Below, one piece after another: positions 49,446 through 63,356 of a stretch of DNA of 64,000 nucleotides. Each line of letters begins with the position of its first letter. Position 1 is the first letter of the stretch. The notes below the pieces were generated by a model that was given only the letters and a program-made list of their open reading frames with translations, had not been told where the DNA came from and made no database searches. The position numbers and the translations under genes were made by a program. The DNA is from Dimorphilus gyrociliatus (taxonomy: Eukaryota; Animalia; Annelida). The stretch covers positions 4,025,891 through 4,089,890 of the forward strand of contig CAJFCJ010000002.1 in NCBI GenBank assembly GCA_904063045.1. Reading direction: 5' to 3'.

Positions 49446-52400
49446 ATAAAAAAATGTGAGCGTCTCTAAACTAGTCACGTACTACTCTAGAATGAAATGG
49501 ATAAAATTAGAATGGAAACATTAACATACCCATTTTATAAGCCACTTAATTGTCTTAAAATAAGTTCTTGTTCCTATTTTAGAAAATCGTTACCTTCAAC
49601 GTGTGTTCTAGGTAATTTTTTAGCCTATTACAAGTATAATTCTTACAGATTTTATAATATAGAAGTTGACCGACCTTAGAAAAGTATATGAAAACCTTAT
49701 ACTTTCGTCCTTTTCAAGGATTATTCTGTAGTATAAACAGCTTTTGTTATTGGCCAAGTCTAGAATTGCAGTTGAGTAAACTGGATAAATGTTTCGGCTG
49801 ACTGAAGCATTGTTTATTTTCCCTAATTTATTTCTTTTAAAATTTGAATAGTTTGTATTTAATTATTGATTTAGCATGAATAAGTGATTTATTGTCAAAA
49901 GAAATGTTTATAAAATAGAGTAGTAACTGAAAGAAACTATAAGAAATGAGTAAGTCTCACAAAATTATAATCCTAATCTTTTTATAACTAGATATTTTCA
50001 TGTTCACTTGCTTTGATCAATGAAAATGTAGTCACTATATAAATTTTTTATTAGACAATTAATCTCCGTTTATCTCATTATGGGTTGTTAAAGATCGATA
50101 GAAATTTGTAAAGAAAGCTCATTCTTTGACATTGTTTTTAAAAGGAAAAGCATTAAAAAATGGTGATATAATATGGAGATATTTTTTTAAAAAAGTAAAG
50201 ACTATAGAGTAGCTATAATTTTACATTCATATAATATTAATATATGAAGTAGTTGATCAATTCCTCATAATTTATAAAGGATTTATCATTGATCCAGTAA
50301 TCCTTCGGGAACGTAATATAAAGCAAAAATATTTTCTTCTATTAAATTTCTTTATATCAAATTCTTGTTGGCTTTTTTTCTTTCTCATTTGTTTGATTTT
50401 TTTTTTATTTAGCAATTTGACCTTAAAACGTTCTGTTTAACATTTCTTTTCTTATTTCTAACTCTATAGATTGTCACCTCCGAATCATCTTCCCGAAAAA
50501 TCATTTTTCTTTCTATAACTAGACCTTTTGTAATAAAGGAGAGGAAATTATTCAAGGGTTTCCATATTTAAACTTTATTAACTGCATGGTTTTGTTGTGT
50601 CGTATATAGCTAAATTTATGCAATATCATTGACAAAGTAGATGTAAATTTGAATAACAACTAGTCTGTGATAAAAGATTAGGAAATAGGCATGACAATGA
50701 TAGAATTATTCGTGGAAATATGATTAATAGAATGATATGAATTCAAATTGGCAGTTTAGTATTGCTTAATGTTCATAAAGGTGGTGGTTGCACTCTAAAT
50801 AGTTGTTAAAAGCACATAATTTTCCAGTAAATCATGGAAAAAGCCGAAATAATCTACGTCGTAGTCGAACATTCGTTAATTGGATTAGACCAGGTTAATA
50901 ATATATCACCTGACGTGTCTATAATTCTCGATTTTCATTTGATTTGCTGTGTGTTGAAAGAGACATATTCAATGACTATGAATTGATTTTTTTCCCTTTC
51001 TGAATAGCAACTTCGCTGTCTAGAAGCAAAACTATGCCGCTAAGAGCTAGTTTTCCACCAACCAAAAGCAAACCAATCAATAGCGATCGTTTGAAATTGG
51101 CTAAAGAATTAGTAGAAAAGGCAATCAGAAACAAAAAAATTTTTACAATACAAGGCCCTTACAGACCTATTAGAGCCGCCCTTCGTCGAAGGGGATGGGT
51201 CGAGAGGTTTTACAAACCAAGCAAACTAAAATCACCCAGAAAGAATGAGGAAAGAGACGAAAAGGAATCGGATAGCGACGACGACGATCTTACAGATGCA
51301 GACGACGACGATGGGCCGAAGCCTTGGGAAGAGGAGGATGGAATTTATGGTATCATGTCAAGAATGGTGCGGAATATTCCTCCTACATTTATTTGGTGTA
51401 TACGTAGTAAAGAAGCAACAGAAGGAGCCAAATTAAGGTATAGCTTTTAAATAAATCATAGAAATTCGAGTGTCATTAAAAATTGTCACATTACATTATC
51501 AAAACTGAATTCAATAATATTTTTCATTGAAAGATATTTGCATTTATCCTGTTTGTTATCGACATTACCTTTCAAAGAGTTTAGACAAACAACCGAATTG
51601 ATAATAGCAACGTAATCAATAGCTATACAATTAATATAGATTCCGTCTAAATATTTATAAAATGTCGGTTATTAAGTATATTTTTGTTACAAAAGGCATA
51701 TACCAGAAATATGTTGAGCCTCACCAAAGAGAAAATTGTTTTATCATTTTACTTGGAAATATTCTAGTGTCCTTCACTTTTATCTCTTCTTAAGGAGGCA
51801 GTTGTGAATTGTTTATTGCCTGAGGCCAACAGATACTAGTTAGCTTGCAAGTTATCTTTATAGATTTTTTTTTTTTACAGCTTTAAATAAACTGTATTAT
51901 TGTAATTTTTATTCAATAAATATTTGATGTATTAAGGATTTTACTGTACAGAGTGCGAAGAGAATAGTTGTTTCCTTTTTTTTTTATTTCAAATGGTTTT
52001 CTCTATTGCAGATGTCAACAGATTATTAATCATTATTCGGGAGCAGGGAGTTTTACTACAAAATCAGGTTTATGCTTATCTTGTCGAGATGTACCTTGGT
52101 TCGAAAAGCAAGATCCAAATCAATTCTTACCAAGATCATTCCGTATAGCAAATGAAGAAGATAGAGCAGCCTTTGTAGAGGACTTTCGCCTCACGGCTTG
52201 CGAGAGTGTTCTTAAATGGGTTTTAGAAAGGAACCAAATGACTGGCGAATCAACGGAAGATAAGGACTCCAAACCAATGTTACCTCTTTCCCTTCTAACT
52301 AATGCAATAGCATTTTGTAAAGATTTTATACGCTTTAAGGCTCATGATGATTTAGACGATTCGAGCAGTTGCATGACAAAAAACAGTGACTCTTTTTGGG

Positions 52401-54241
52401 ATGATTTTCTCTCATCTTATTACAAACTTGTTCATGACGGTGGTTGGTTGCCCAAAACCGATGAATTTATAGTAGAAATTAAAAAGATTTCTGATATATT
52501 TCTTAAGCTAAGACCTCAGCATAAAATTGATGGACTTCGAAACGTTTGGGTCATAAAGCCCGGATGCAAATCAAGAGGTAGAGGCATCAGATGCTCTAGT
52601 AGATTAGAAGATATCGTCTCTTTATCGCGTAGTGCTGTTGGTCAACGAGAATCAAAATGGGTTGTTCAAAAATACGTTGAACGTCCATTACTTATACATT
52701 CTACTAAATTCGATATAAGACAATGGTTCTTGGTAACCGATTGGAATCCATTGACAATATGGTTTTATAAAACTTGTTATATAAGATTTTGTTCAAAGGT
52801 TTTTACATTAGATAACCTAGAAGACGTTGCTGTTCATTTATCAAATCAATGTGTACAAAAGCATTGTGTTATTGATGCTGAATCAAAAATACCTAAAACT
52901 AGAATATGGAGTCTAGAAGAATTTAAAAGTTGGTTAAAAGAATATAAAACAGATAAATGGGATGAAAAAATTTATCCTGGAATGAAAAATTCCATAACGT
53001 GTACGCTTCAGGCTTCTCAAGATAGTATCGATTGTCGAAAGAACTCTTTTGAGCTATTCGGAGCAGATTTTATGATAGCCGACGATCTTGAACCATGGCT
53101 TATTGAAATCAATTGTTCGCCAACAATGGGTTCTGGAAAATCTCCAACGCTAACTCGCCTTATGAACGACGTTCAAGAAGATACAGTAAAAGTAATTTTA
53201 GATAGGAGATTCGATAAAAATAGCGATACGGGAATGTTTGAATTGATTTATAAAGCCAACCATGTGGCCTTACCTCCCTATATAGGCCTTGATTTAAGTG
53301 TTTCCGGCACCAAGGTGTGTCTTCCTGTGTTTAAGACTCCTAGAACAAGTAAGCCAGCCCCTGAATCACCTAACGAGTCGGCTGAAGAAGAAAAGCCAGA
53401 AAAAAGACCAGAAACAAGACCAGAAACTCCTAAAGTCAAACTTAAATATCATAAAGTTAAAAAACCGTCTCCAGCAATAGAAAAGATTGAAAAAGTTGAC
53501 AAGGATGAAAAAGAAAAAGGAACGAACAAAGAAGAGGAAAAGACGAAAAGACTGAGTGTTAATTCTGACAAGGATAAGCAACAGCCAAAACTACTCTCCT
53601 CAAAAAGTATTATGGAAGCGAGCGAATCTCAACTCAAAGCGAAGCAAAGGTATTTGTCCGAAAAGGAGAAATTTGTCTATTCCAGTTCAAAAATTAGTCT
53701 GGAAACCTCGGATTCTCAACTAAAGACAACAAAACATAAATTATTCCTACAGAATTCTTTTGATGCAGATAAAAACAAGGATAGAGATAGAGAATCTCTT
53801 TCATCCAGCTCAAAAAGTTTAGTTGAATCGGGAGAAGAAAAATTAAAAATAGCGAGACAAAAATTATTATTACATCATTCAGCAGATTCTTCAATTAAAC
53901 TCACAGACAGTGATCCTTCTATGAAAATAGATAAATTACCTAAAATTCTTCAATATACCCATAGGCAGCAATTAACAGCTTCAGTAGCATCTGTCGCTCC
54001 CCAACTGGATCCTGAGTTAAGTAATTTACATTTCCAAAGACCGTTTAAAGGAAAAAAGACAAGCTATTCAAAAGCAAATGTGAGAAGCTTTACGAAAGAA
54101 GGTTCTACTCTAACAGTTAAGAAAATAGCTCATAAACGTCGAAAGAATTATCAACAGACCAATCAACAATATCAACATCATCAGCCGCCTCATCAGACAC
54201 ATCATGATTTAGAAATAAAATCACATAGGACTATATCATAG
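48888..54241 (+). CDS. TTLL3: Tubulin monoglycylase of the TTLL3/TTLL8 family, long model ~977 aa. Exons 48888-49031, 49094-49157, 50828-50893, 51008-51437, 52012-54241.
   Basis: [13 protein letters not shown]...[66 protein letters not shown]. The core exons from 51008 are secure. The three upstream exons are inferred from splice sites and phase (total 2934 nt, in frame). TTLL3 and TTLL8 cannot be told apart here. Confidence 0.85.
49249..49284. repeat. (TA)n microsatellite in the intron before the putative short-isoform terminal exon
   Basis: Read directly from the sequence. Confidence 0.9.
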
Positions 54242-55439
54242 AAAAATTTGAATCAAATGAAAGCGAAACAGGAATATATAATTTAAAAACAACCAATAGC
54301 ATACTCTGACATATCAAAGCAAACTATGTACATGCGTACATTTTTACTTGACATACTTTTTATGTTTTTTTTATAGTTAAAAATGTTTCTCATGTGCCTT
54401 CCTAACAAAAATAACGATGACTTGATTAATTAAACAGTATTATTCTTGTTTTTTCCCTTTGTTTTTTTTTTTAAATACTCAGTCTTTTCAACGGAAGAAA
54501 ACAGAAAGAAAGTAAACAACAAACAACAGTATATATAAATTTGTTATAAATAGTAATAATATAATTAGATTGAAAGAATAGAAAGAATAAACCTTTTTAA
54601 ATTTTTACAACAAATCAATTGAGAATAGTATTAGCGAATGATGCCGAAACTAAAAGAAAATTTGACTAATATCCTCAATTCAACCTCCGCATATTAACAG
54701 TATATATACAATGAATAACTGATATAAAACAGACAAGCCCAAGTCTAGGTAGTTTTTTTTTTTTAATAAAAATTTCCATAGGATACATTTCAATTGGTAA
54801 ATTACGATTATTGATTCTCTAAAAAGCCGATTATTGATTGATTAAATTATTAGAAAACAGATGGTGTTATTTGCCGTATAATTTCTTTGCTGAAAGTAAT
54901 GATTTCACGATTATTACTAATGATAGGCTTAAAACATATAATTTAACTTCTATGACTACTACATGGCTTTATTATCTTGTTATTTTAATTATTTTCTATT
55001 TGTTGTTTATTTGCATTTACAATACAATACGCAGTTCATCAAAAATTTGGTAAATCTTTTAATAAAACTTGAAGTTTTCAAGAAGAATAATAAAACGATT
55101 ATTATCGAATTTGGATAATAGGACCCTTCAATATAACCGTCTTTAAACAGATAAGACTACATTTAAATTGATTGAAAATTTGTGAAATTAGATATTTAGT
55201 CGATAAGGTTGACTCTCATTCAATATCTATGACGTTAACGACAAGTGATAAAGTGTTTAACAAAAAATTGACTTTTTTCAACGTGATACTTCGAAATTCT
55301 CTCAACCAAAGAGCATATATTTTAGATATTTCGTTTATATAGCTGGTTTTTTTTAGCCAAGAAGCAATTACATGCACACATACAGTGAAAATAACTATTT
55401 CAGCCTAGAATTAGTTTGAATTTTGGCGAGATAGACGGG

Positions 55440-55610
55440 CACTGGCTTCCAATTACAAATTTCGAATAGATGATTGGATGAGGAACTATTTGTCAAATCA
55501 GTAATTTCCCATACCAGTTTTCTTTTTGAAATTCTTGGCTTCGATTGGCTAACAACCATCTAAAAATAGTACGGAAGAAAAAAGTATAAAAGAAGCCCCG
55601 CCTCGTCATT
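55440..55610 (+). promoter_or_regulatory. Probable RhoA promoter: several CCAAT/ATTGG boxes and a GC box (CCCCGCC)
   Basis: A motif cluster in GC-richer sequence upstream of a 5'UTR donor (AG|GTAAGT, ~55744). Confidence 0.4.
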
Positions 55611-55872
55611 TTGCCGTCAACTTTCATTGTGAAATTCTTTGTGATTTTTAACCAATTTTCTTACTGTTTTCGGTTCTAATTCATAACAAGTATATATACA
55701 TTGAATATCTTGAACATTTTTGTATAAATATATAGAAAATAGGTAAGTTTCGGTCTTCTATAGTACACAATGAGTCAAATAAAATTCGCCATTTTTGTTA
55801 GCGTTATCGAAACAGGTCAAAATAGGTGGATGTCCACATTCTTGTTAGATAAACATCGCTTGTCAATTGTAA

Positions 55873-56885
<1,013 letters not shown>

Positions 56886-57824
56886 ACTCTTTATGATTAA
56901 TGTTTACGGCGACATAGATTTCTATGCAAAAAAAACTTCATCTATTACTTAAACAACTTCTGTAATACTCCGTGGTAATTATTATAGCTTGCTTCCAAAA
57001 CTGTCGCTTTTTTCATTTCAAAATTTTATATTTAACGGTATAAAATAAATTATATTGAAAAAATTAATTTGGTGCTTAATCTAACCCCGTTTTAATTGTT
57101 ATTTGTAAAGTATAACTACAAAACATAATTTAACATCGAAGGGAAAAGATGATATTAACTGATTTTCATGGGAAAATTGCATTACGTTTTTTCCCTTAAA
57201 CAACTACTTCCTTGCCAACCCTTTCCTGCATGCCTTGTAAAAAAAGAAAGAAAGAAAAATACCTAAGAGGAACTTTTGTATTGTCTTCAGTTTACATTAT
57301 GCTGCATTTATTTACATAAAAAGTTCTAATTTCTTTTTATCAAATTTTGCTTCCATAGGCCTTTTGATAACTTTTGGATTTTTTTTCTCATAAAAATTAA
57401 AAGCCATTAGAGGTTAACAGGCTCAAATAAGTTATAAATTTGAATTAATGTACAAGAAACGGGATCAATTTTTTTGAATAGGCTTGTTATATTTACGACC
57501 CAGCGGGATGATTGTGTCATAAATAAAACAATATCTCGTTAAAAGCGAACAGACTGTATATTGCTCTTTCCCAACAATAACACACTGCCATCTTACACGC
57601 CCAGTATTACAATGGGATATTTTCTCTGTCTCTTCTCTCTATCTTCTCTCCACTTTGTACCGCCTAAAATTCGCTTATTTCGAAAGTAGATGAATATTTA
57701 AATAACAAAACTTTCTCCGATTTAAAAGCATTCTCTTGTTCACAAATTATAAACGGCAGCATAGGCATAACAGAAAACAACTTTAATTCCTTATCATTTT
57801 TTTTAATAAAAAAACAAAATTCAA

Positions 57825-58238
57825 CTAATAATTAAAATCTTTAACAGCTACTTTTCTATCTAGCGCTTCTTTTAAGGTCTTCGAATCAATAGATATTATT
57901 CCTAGATCAAATACTTGGGATTCTCTTAATTTTTTCTCCACAATATTAAAATTCCAACTTCTATGCCTTTTAAAAGCGGTTTTATCAGTTTTTACTTCTC
58001 TTTCCAGTATTTTGCGATAGTCATTTCTTCTCTCTTCTAAAGTTTTTATCTCCTCCGGTATCTTAGATGTAACTGGACGGTCAAGCAATATTAATAATAT
58101 CAAAATTGTTAGAGAAATAACGAGTAAGGCTAATAATTTAGCTCTAACGCCATGGTGATTCATGAGGATTTTCAACTGAAAACGCGAATTGTAGAATCTA
58201 GTCTGCCCGTTAAGCCGGTCAGAGAGTAATCCGATCAT
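57825..58238 (-). CDS. Hypothetical 137-aa single-pass (type II) membrane protein
   Basis: An ATG-initiated ORF, long for this AT-rich DNA, with one clear TM helix (LLALLVISLTILILLILL) and a charged helical tail. No family recognised. Confidence 0.5.
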   Translation of the reverse strand: MIGLLSDRLNGQTRFYNSRFQLKILMNHHGVRAKLLALLVISLTILILLILLDRPVTSKIPEEIKTLEERRNDYRKILEREVKTDKTAFKRHRSWNFNIVEKKLRESQVFDLGIISIDSKTLKEALDRKVAVKDFNY

Positions 58239-61200
58239 GTTAAATCCAAAAGATGATTCAAGTTTAATTTTTGTTGGAAAGACAACAATTATACTACATT
58301 TAAAGTAGTTCTCTTTAATTGGCTAGAAGAACAATAATATTAAAAAAGACTATTAGTTAATTATAATTGAAATCTGAATTTAAAAATGATGAAAATAGTA
58401 ATAGTTGTAGGCCTATTTAGTTTTTAATTTTTTTTTGGTAAATTCTCAAATAAACAGAAAATTAGTCGTAAATTGTAAAAACAAAAGAGAAAGAGATAAA
58501 TAAAATTATAAACCTTAATACACGAATAAAACTATTATACTGTAAACTCTATAATAGAATCTATTTGGCTTACCTTTATATAAGTAACTCTGATGTTACA
58601 TTAACCTCCAACCGAGAGCTCCAATCTGCAAAGAATATCGTTGCTATGTTGTACTCGTCTATTTATTTTGTTGAATTAATTTCTACCAACAAATAATCTT
58701 TTTCCCTATGAAAGATATTATCTATTATTTATACTCTTCTAATATATTGGCTGATTATAAATATTGCAGTTTTTTCTCAGCTGAATTGTTGCTTAAAGGT
58801 CGTAGCATTTTTAAATGTGTGTTTACATACGGAACAAATTTTTTATCATCAGTTATACTCCGCTAATTTAATTTTTAACAAAAGCAGACAATTTTTGGGA
58901 AGGCCTATAAATCATGTGTAATGTACACATTATACATCATATATATAATATGTCTTTACTGTATGATACATTTCCTTTGATTAATTGATATCTTTATAGA
59001 AATTCCTGATTAATAGTAAAGAACAAGGGGAGCCTTAATTATTCTTTGGTCGAGTAGACAAGATTTCTCTTTTTTATAACATTTTATCATTCCTTATATA
59101 TTTTTTACTCTTTTAAATATTTCAAAGCATCTTTAATTACTTAATCATGTATTGCATATTGAATAATTATCTTAGGTAAGTTAAAAATGTCCAACTTAGG
59201 CTATAACAGGGATAGGAAATACACGAACAAATCTGTAAAAAATTGAATAATTCTGAGAAACAGTTATCGATAAGTTGATGCTGTTGTTTTCTCTTTAGAA
59301 AAGATATCACTTCTTAATTCGTGGATCTAGACTACTCATATATTTTATCCATTTTCCTTTTATTGACAGGTTTATTTATATATGCAAAATCTGTAATTTA
59401 TTTTTTACACCCAGTGAAGAAAAAATGAACATTATGCACTAAAATCTGTCAAATGTATTATCTTTAAATAGCTTAATACTAATTTCCAAATAAATTCATT
59501 ATTATAATATACAATATCTATTCTTTAGTCTATAGTTAACTAATAATTCATATTCATTGCAATACTGTATTATATACTACCCACGTTTGTTGCAAAGTTT
59601 TATTTTAAGTACTTTAGTCCTATTTTTTGCTTTTTTTTTATCTTTGTTTACTCTTTTATTCTTCGAATTTTCAAAGGATTATGGATTAAGAGATTTTCGT
59701 TGATTTTTTTTTCAATCAGTAGCTAATGATAACAATATCATAGAAGATCTAGTAGAGACATCTATTTGACATATTGTTATGATAAGTTCAAAGCAGACAA
59801 TATTTAAACATAAAAATATTGTATATTATTGCGGGGAAAAATTCGATTATTATTTAGTTTAAGACTTGTAAACAAACATTTGTACGATTAATTATGTTTC
59901 CGTTGAGTTTGAAGACTTAAGAATTAGAGTATTTTTCATTGAAAAAACAATCCCAGCACCAGGATACCATTTCATTGACGAGTCTTTTTTCTTCATTAAG
60001 CAATCTTTAAGATAATAGGCAATAATTTGAGAGAGAACAGTTTGCAGTAATAAGAATAATGCTAAATAATAAAAAAAGAAGATAAATAAAGATTATAATC
60101 ATAAACGATCGATAAAAAATTGAAAATTATTTTTACCTAGACACAGCCACCAAGACCAATTGGATGGTACTTCCATAGTTACTATAATTTTATAAATTTA
60201 AATATATACACTCTATATATAACTATATAAATATAGTAATAAACTAATAAATATTCAACTTACCAATACATGATAAAGATATGTGGAAGATGAAATTTGT
60301 GATATTATAATCCCAAACATATTGGGATCTAATAATAAAAGGATTAATAATACCAGTAACAACAAAATTGGTCACAAGTGTAGCAAAAACAGCTAATTAT
60401 AAAGAATAAAAGTTACTTTTTATGTTGTAATTATTAATTCTATGCTATAAAATAGTTTATTTCATTCTCCTACCTATTTGAGATTTTGAATAAGTCACAC
60501 AACAATTTTCTAATTTAATCCAGTTGTTGATGTGCAATAGCATTCTTGGATTGAAGTCGTTAACGCTATTTCGAGATTTATTGTTTTATTAACATTTACG
60601 AGAATATAGGATTTATTTTAATTTATATTTTATACTTGAATATTCCATGGTAAATGGCATGTAGAGTAAATAAGGAAGAGTAAAAGATGAGAATGGTAAT
60701 CAAGATTTTTAAAACAATTACCTATCAACATTAATTAATAATCAATATATTTTAGAATATGTTTAAGTATATTTTACACATGAACTTACTTTACATTTGG
60801 CTTGTCTATTAAACATTCGTCCAACATTTGAGATGTTACTTTCTGGCGCACCTATATGGAGTAATCAATAATCTTACGACCTTCGTATTTCATATGGATA
60901 AAGCGCCATCTCAATTGTAAAAGTAAAAGCAGAGAATATTTTTCATTGCATATATAAAGTATTTTTATATTCATAAATATAAATATATTATCTATTTCTT
61001 TACGATGTAAACAAGGCCATTATTTTTTCTATCTGCTAATAGATACAACTATTGTAATTGCTGATAATGTTTGTTTACTCAGAGGCAGGACTCAAGTTCA
61101 AATGTGTTATCCCCCAAATAGAATATGCATTAACATGGTGGCTTGTTTTAGGTGTAATTATCACTAGCTAGGTGTCGTTTAAGTATAACTTTAAACAATA

Positions 61201-61280
61201 GGTTTGGTAAGTAAGAATTACACAATACAATATTGATTTAGACGGACGAGTGGAAGCTGAACCAGTTCCTGAATTTACAC

Positions 61281-62798
61281 ATGATGAGTGCGGAAAGTTT
61301 AATAACAGGTTTTCTTGGTTTGGTTCTCGTTATTGCTTTAATTTTCAAGTATGCGCTCGGATCAAAAAGTTTAAACATTCCTGGACCGAAGAGTTTACCA
61401 ATTGTAGGGAATATTTTACAGATAGATAGAGATAAACCACATCTTTCCTTTATGTCTTTTGCTGAAACTTTTGGTGATATTTACAAATTGCGACTTTTTT
61501 CAACAAACATTGTTGTTGTAAGCAACGAGGATTACATAAAGGAGGTATTGTCCAAAAACGGAGCTGAATTTGCAGGAAGACCACAGACGTTCCGCTTTCA
61601 CCTAATGTTTGAACAAAGAGAGAATGTAACGTTTGGCGAAGGAAAAAATTGGTCATTCTTAAAGAAAAGTGTTTTGCGCGCAATGAAAGTTTATAACAAT
61701 GGCCTACTGGAGTTGGAATCTGTGACAAATGCAGTTGGTCAAGATTTTATAAAAGTAATAGAATCTTTCGAAGGCAAGCCTTTCGATATAAAAGAACAGA
61801 TTATAAGATGTATAACTAATATAATGGCATCTCTAATGTTTGCTAAAAAATTCGATTGGAATGATCCCAACATTACAAGATATGTTGAAGGAGAATCTAA
61901 AGGCTACAATGCATCTATATCTCCAAAAGGCAGCATACTAGATAGTTTTCCATTCTTTCATAAATTGAATATACCATCTTCAATTTGCAATGATATAAAA
62001 CAATGCATTGATTCTCGACGATCATTTTTGGAACCAGAGTTAAGAGAACTGATTAGAAGCTACCAACCTGATAAGGCTCGAGGAATTGGGGATCTTTTAT
62101 ACAAATTTTTTTTGGAGGATTGCAAAGCTGAAGGCAAACCTTTCAATTTTGATCTTTTCTTTATTACTGTTGGTGACCTATTTGCTGCTAGTTTTGCAAC
62201 AACGTCTGAAACCATATATTCATTCATTCTGGTATTATGCAATAGAAAAGAAATTAAACAAAAGATTCAAAAGGAGGTTGATGAAGTACTTGGGACAAGA
62301 ATACCGACACTTGCAGATAAGGAGACTATGCCCTATCTTTCAGCATGTATTTTGGAATTGCTGAGATTCATAAGCCACGTTCCCATTCTTATTCCCCACA
62401 GAGCTGTAGAAGACACAAAACTTGGCTCCTATGACATCCCGAAAGATACCCACATATACATTAACAATTTTACATACAGCCACTCAGAAAAGATATGGGA
62501 TGATCCCTGGAATTTTATACCAGAGAGATTTCTTTCCGAAAATGGAGATATCATTCCAGCGAATCATCCGAACAGAACGAAATTTTTCCCATTTAGTTCA
62601 GGAAAGAGACACTGTCCTGGAGAAGTTTTAGCTAAAAATAGGATATTTTTATTATTCTGTTGGCTTGTACAAAGTTATAATTTTGAATTTGCCGAAGGAT
62701 TCGAAATTACTGATGATCCTAGAATTCGAGAATATGGCGTTATATTATCAAGTCGTCCGTTCAAAGTTGTAACAACGAAGAGACAATCTTCTAAATAA
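61281..62798 (+). CDS. Cytochrome P450, clan 2 (CYP17/CYP1/CYP2-like), 505 aa, intronless CDS
   Basis: N-terminal anchor, PGPKSLPIVGNI, ExxR (ELLR), PERF and the heme motif FSSGKRHCPGE. Confidence 0.96.
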   Translation: MMSAESLITGFLGLVLVIALIFKYALGSKSLNIPGPKSLPIVGNILQIDRDKPHLSFMSFAETFGDIYKLRLFSTNIVVVSNEDYIKEVLSKNGAEFAGRPQTFRFHLMFEQRENVTFGEGKNWSFLKKSVLRAMKVYNNGLLELESVTNAVGQDFIKVIESFEGKPFDIKEQIIRCITNIMASLMFAKKFDWNDPNITRYVEGESKGYNASISPKGSILDSFPFFHKLNIPSSICNDIKQCIDSRRSFLEPELRELIRSYQPDKARGIGDLLYKFFLEDCKAEGKPFNFDLFFITVGDLFAASFATTSETIYSFILVLCNRKEIKQKIQKEVDEVLGTRIPTLADKETMPYLSACILELLRFISHVPILIPHRAVEDTKLGSYDIPKDTHIYINNFTYSHSEKIWDDPWNFIPERFLSENGDIIPANHPNRTKFFPFSSGKRHCPGEVLAKNRIFLLFCWLVQSYNFEFAEGFEITDDPRIREYGVILSSRPFKVVTTKRQSSK

Positions 62799-63356
62799 TA
62801 CGTTGATTCACTGAGCACCTAAATATTAAAACCAGTTTTTTAGATTCACCTTTCAGATGTTCATATTTTAAATTCAACACGATTTAGAGCAAAAGAACCT
62901 TGGTTAAGATTAAATTAGAATCCAGAGATAAGTCCATTAATGCTATCTCTTTAAATTCGGAATTACTAACTTGCAGACAAAACAAGCATGATTGTGCGAA
63001 AGTTATCAATAAGTGTTTTATTGATTTGGCGCTGTTCCTTCAACAGTCGATTATTCGAACTTTACAAAGCTTTAATCATAAAATAATACTTTTTATCTTC
63101 TTCAGTTTATTTTTGTTATGACCTTCGATTATTATTTAGAACATTCAGATGTAGGAGGCAACTATTTTGGACAGTGTAATTTTTGTCCAGCTATTAGATA
63201 AAAAAGATGACGAAATCGAAGAGATTTAACAAAATTATAGATAAGATCTAGAAAAATTTATTTCTGTAGCCTTCAAAGAGGGACAGTTTTAATTCCTAGG
63301 TCTTGTGAAATTGCCTAAATCCATTTTAATTGGACTGTAAGCAACTTGCCAGCTTA

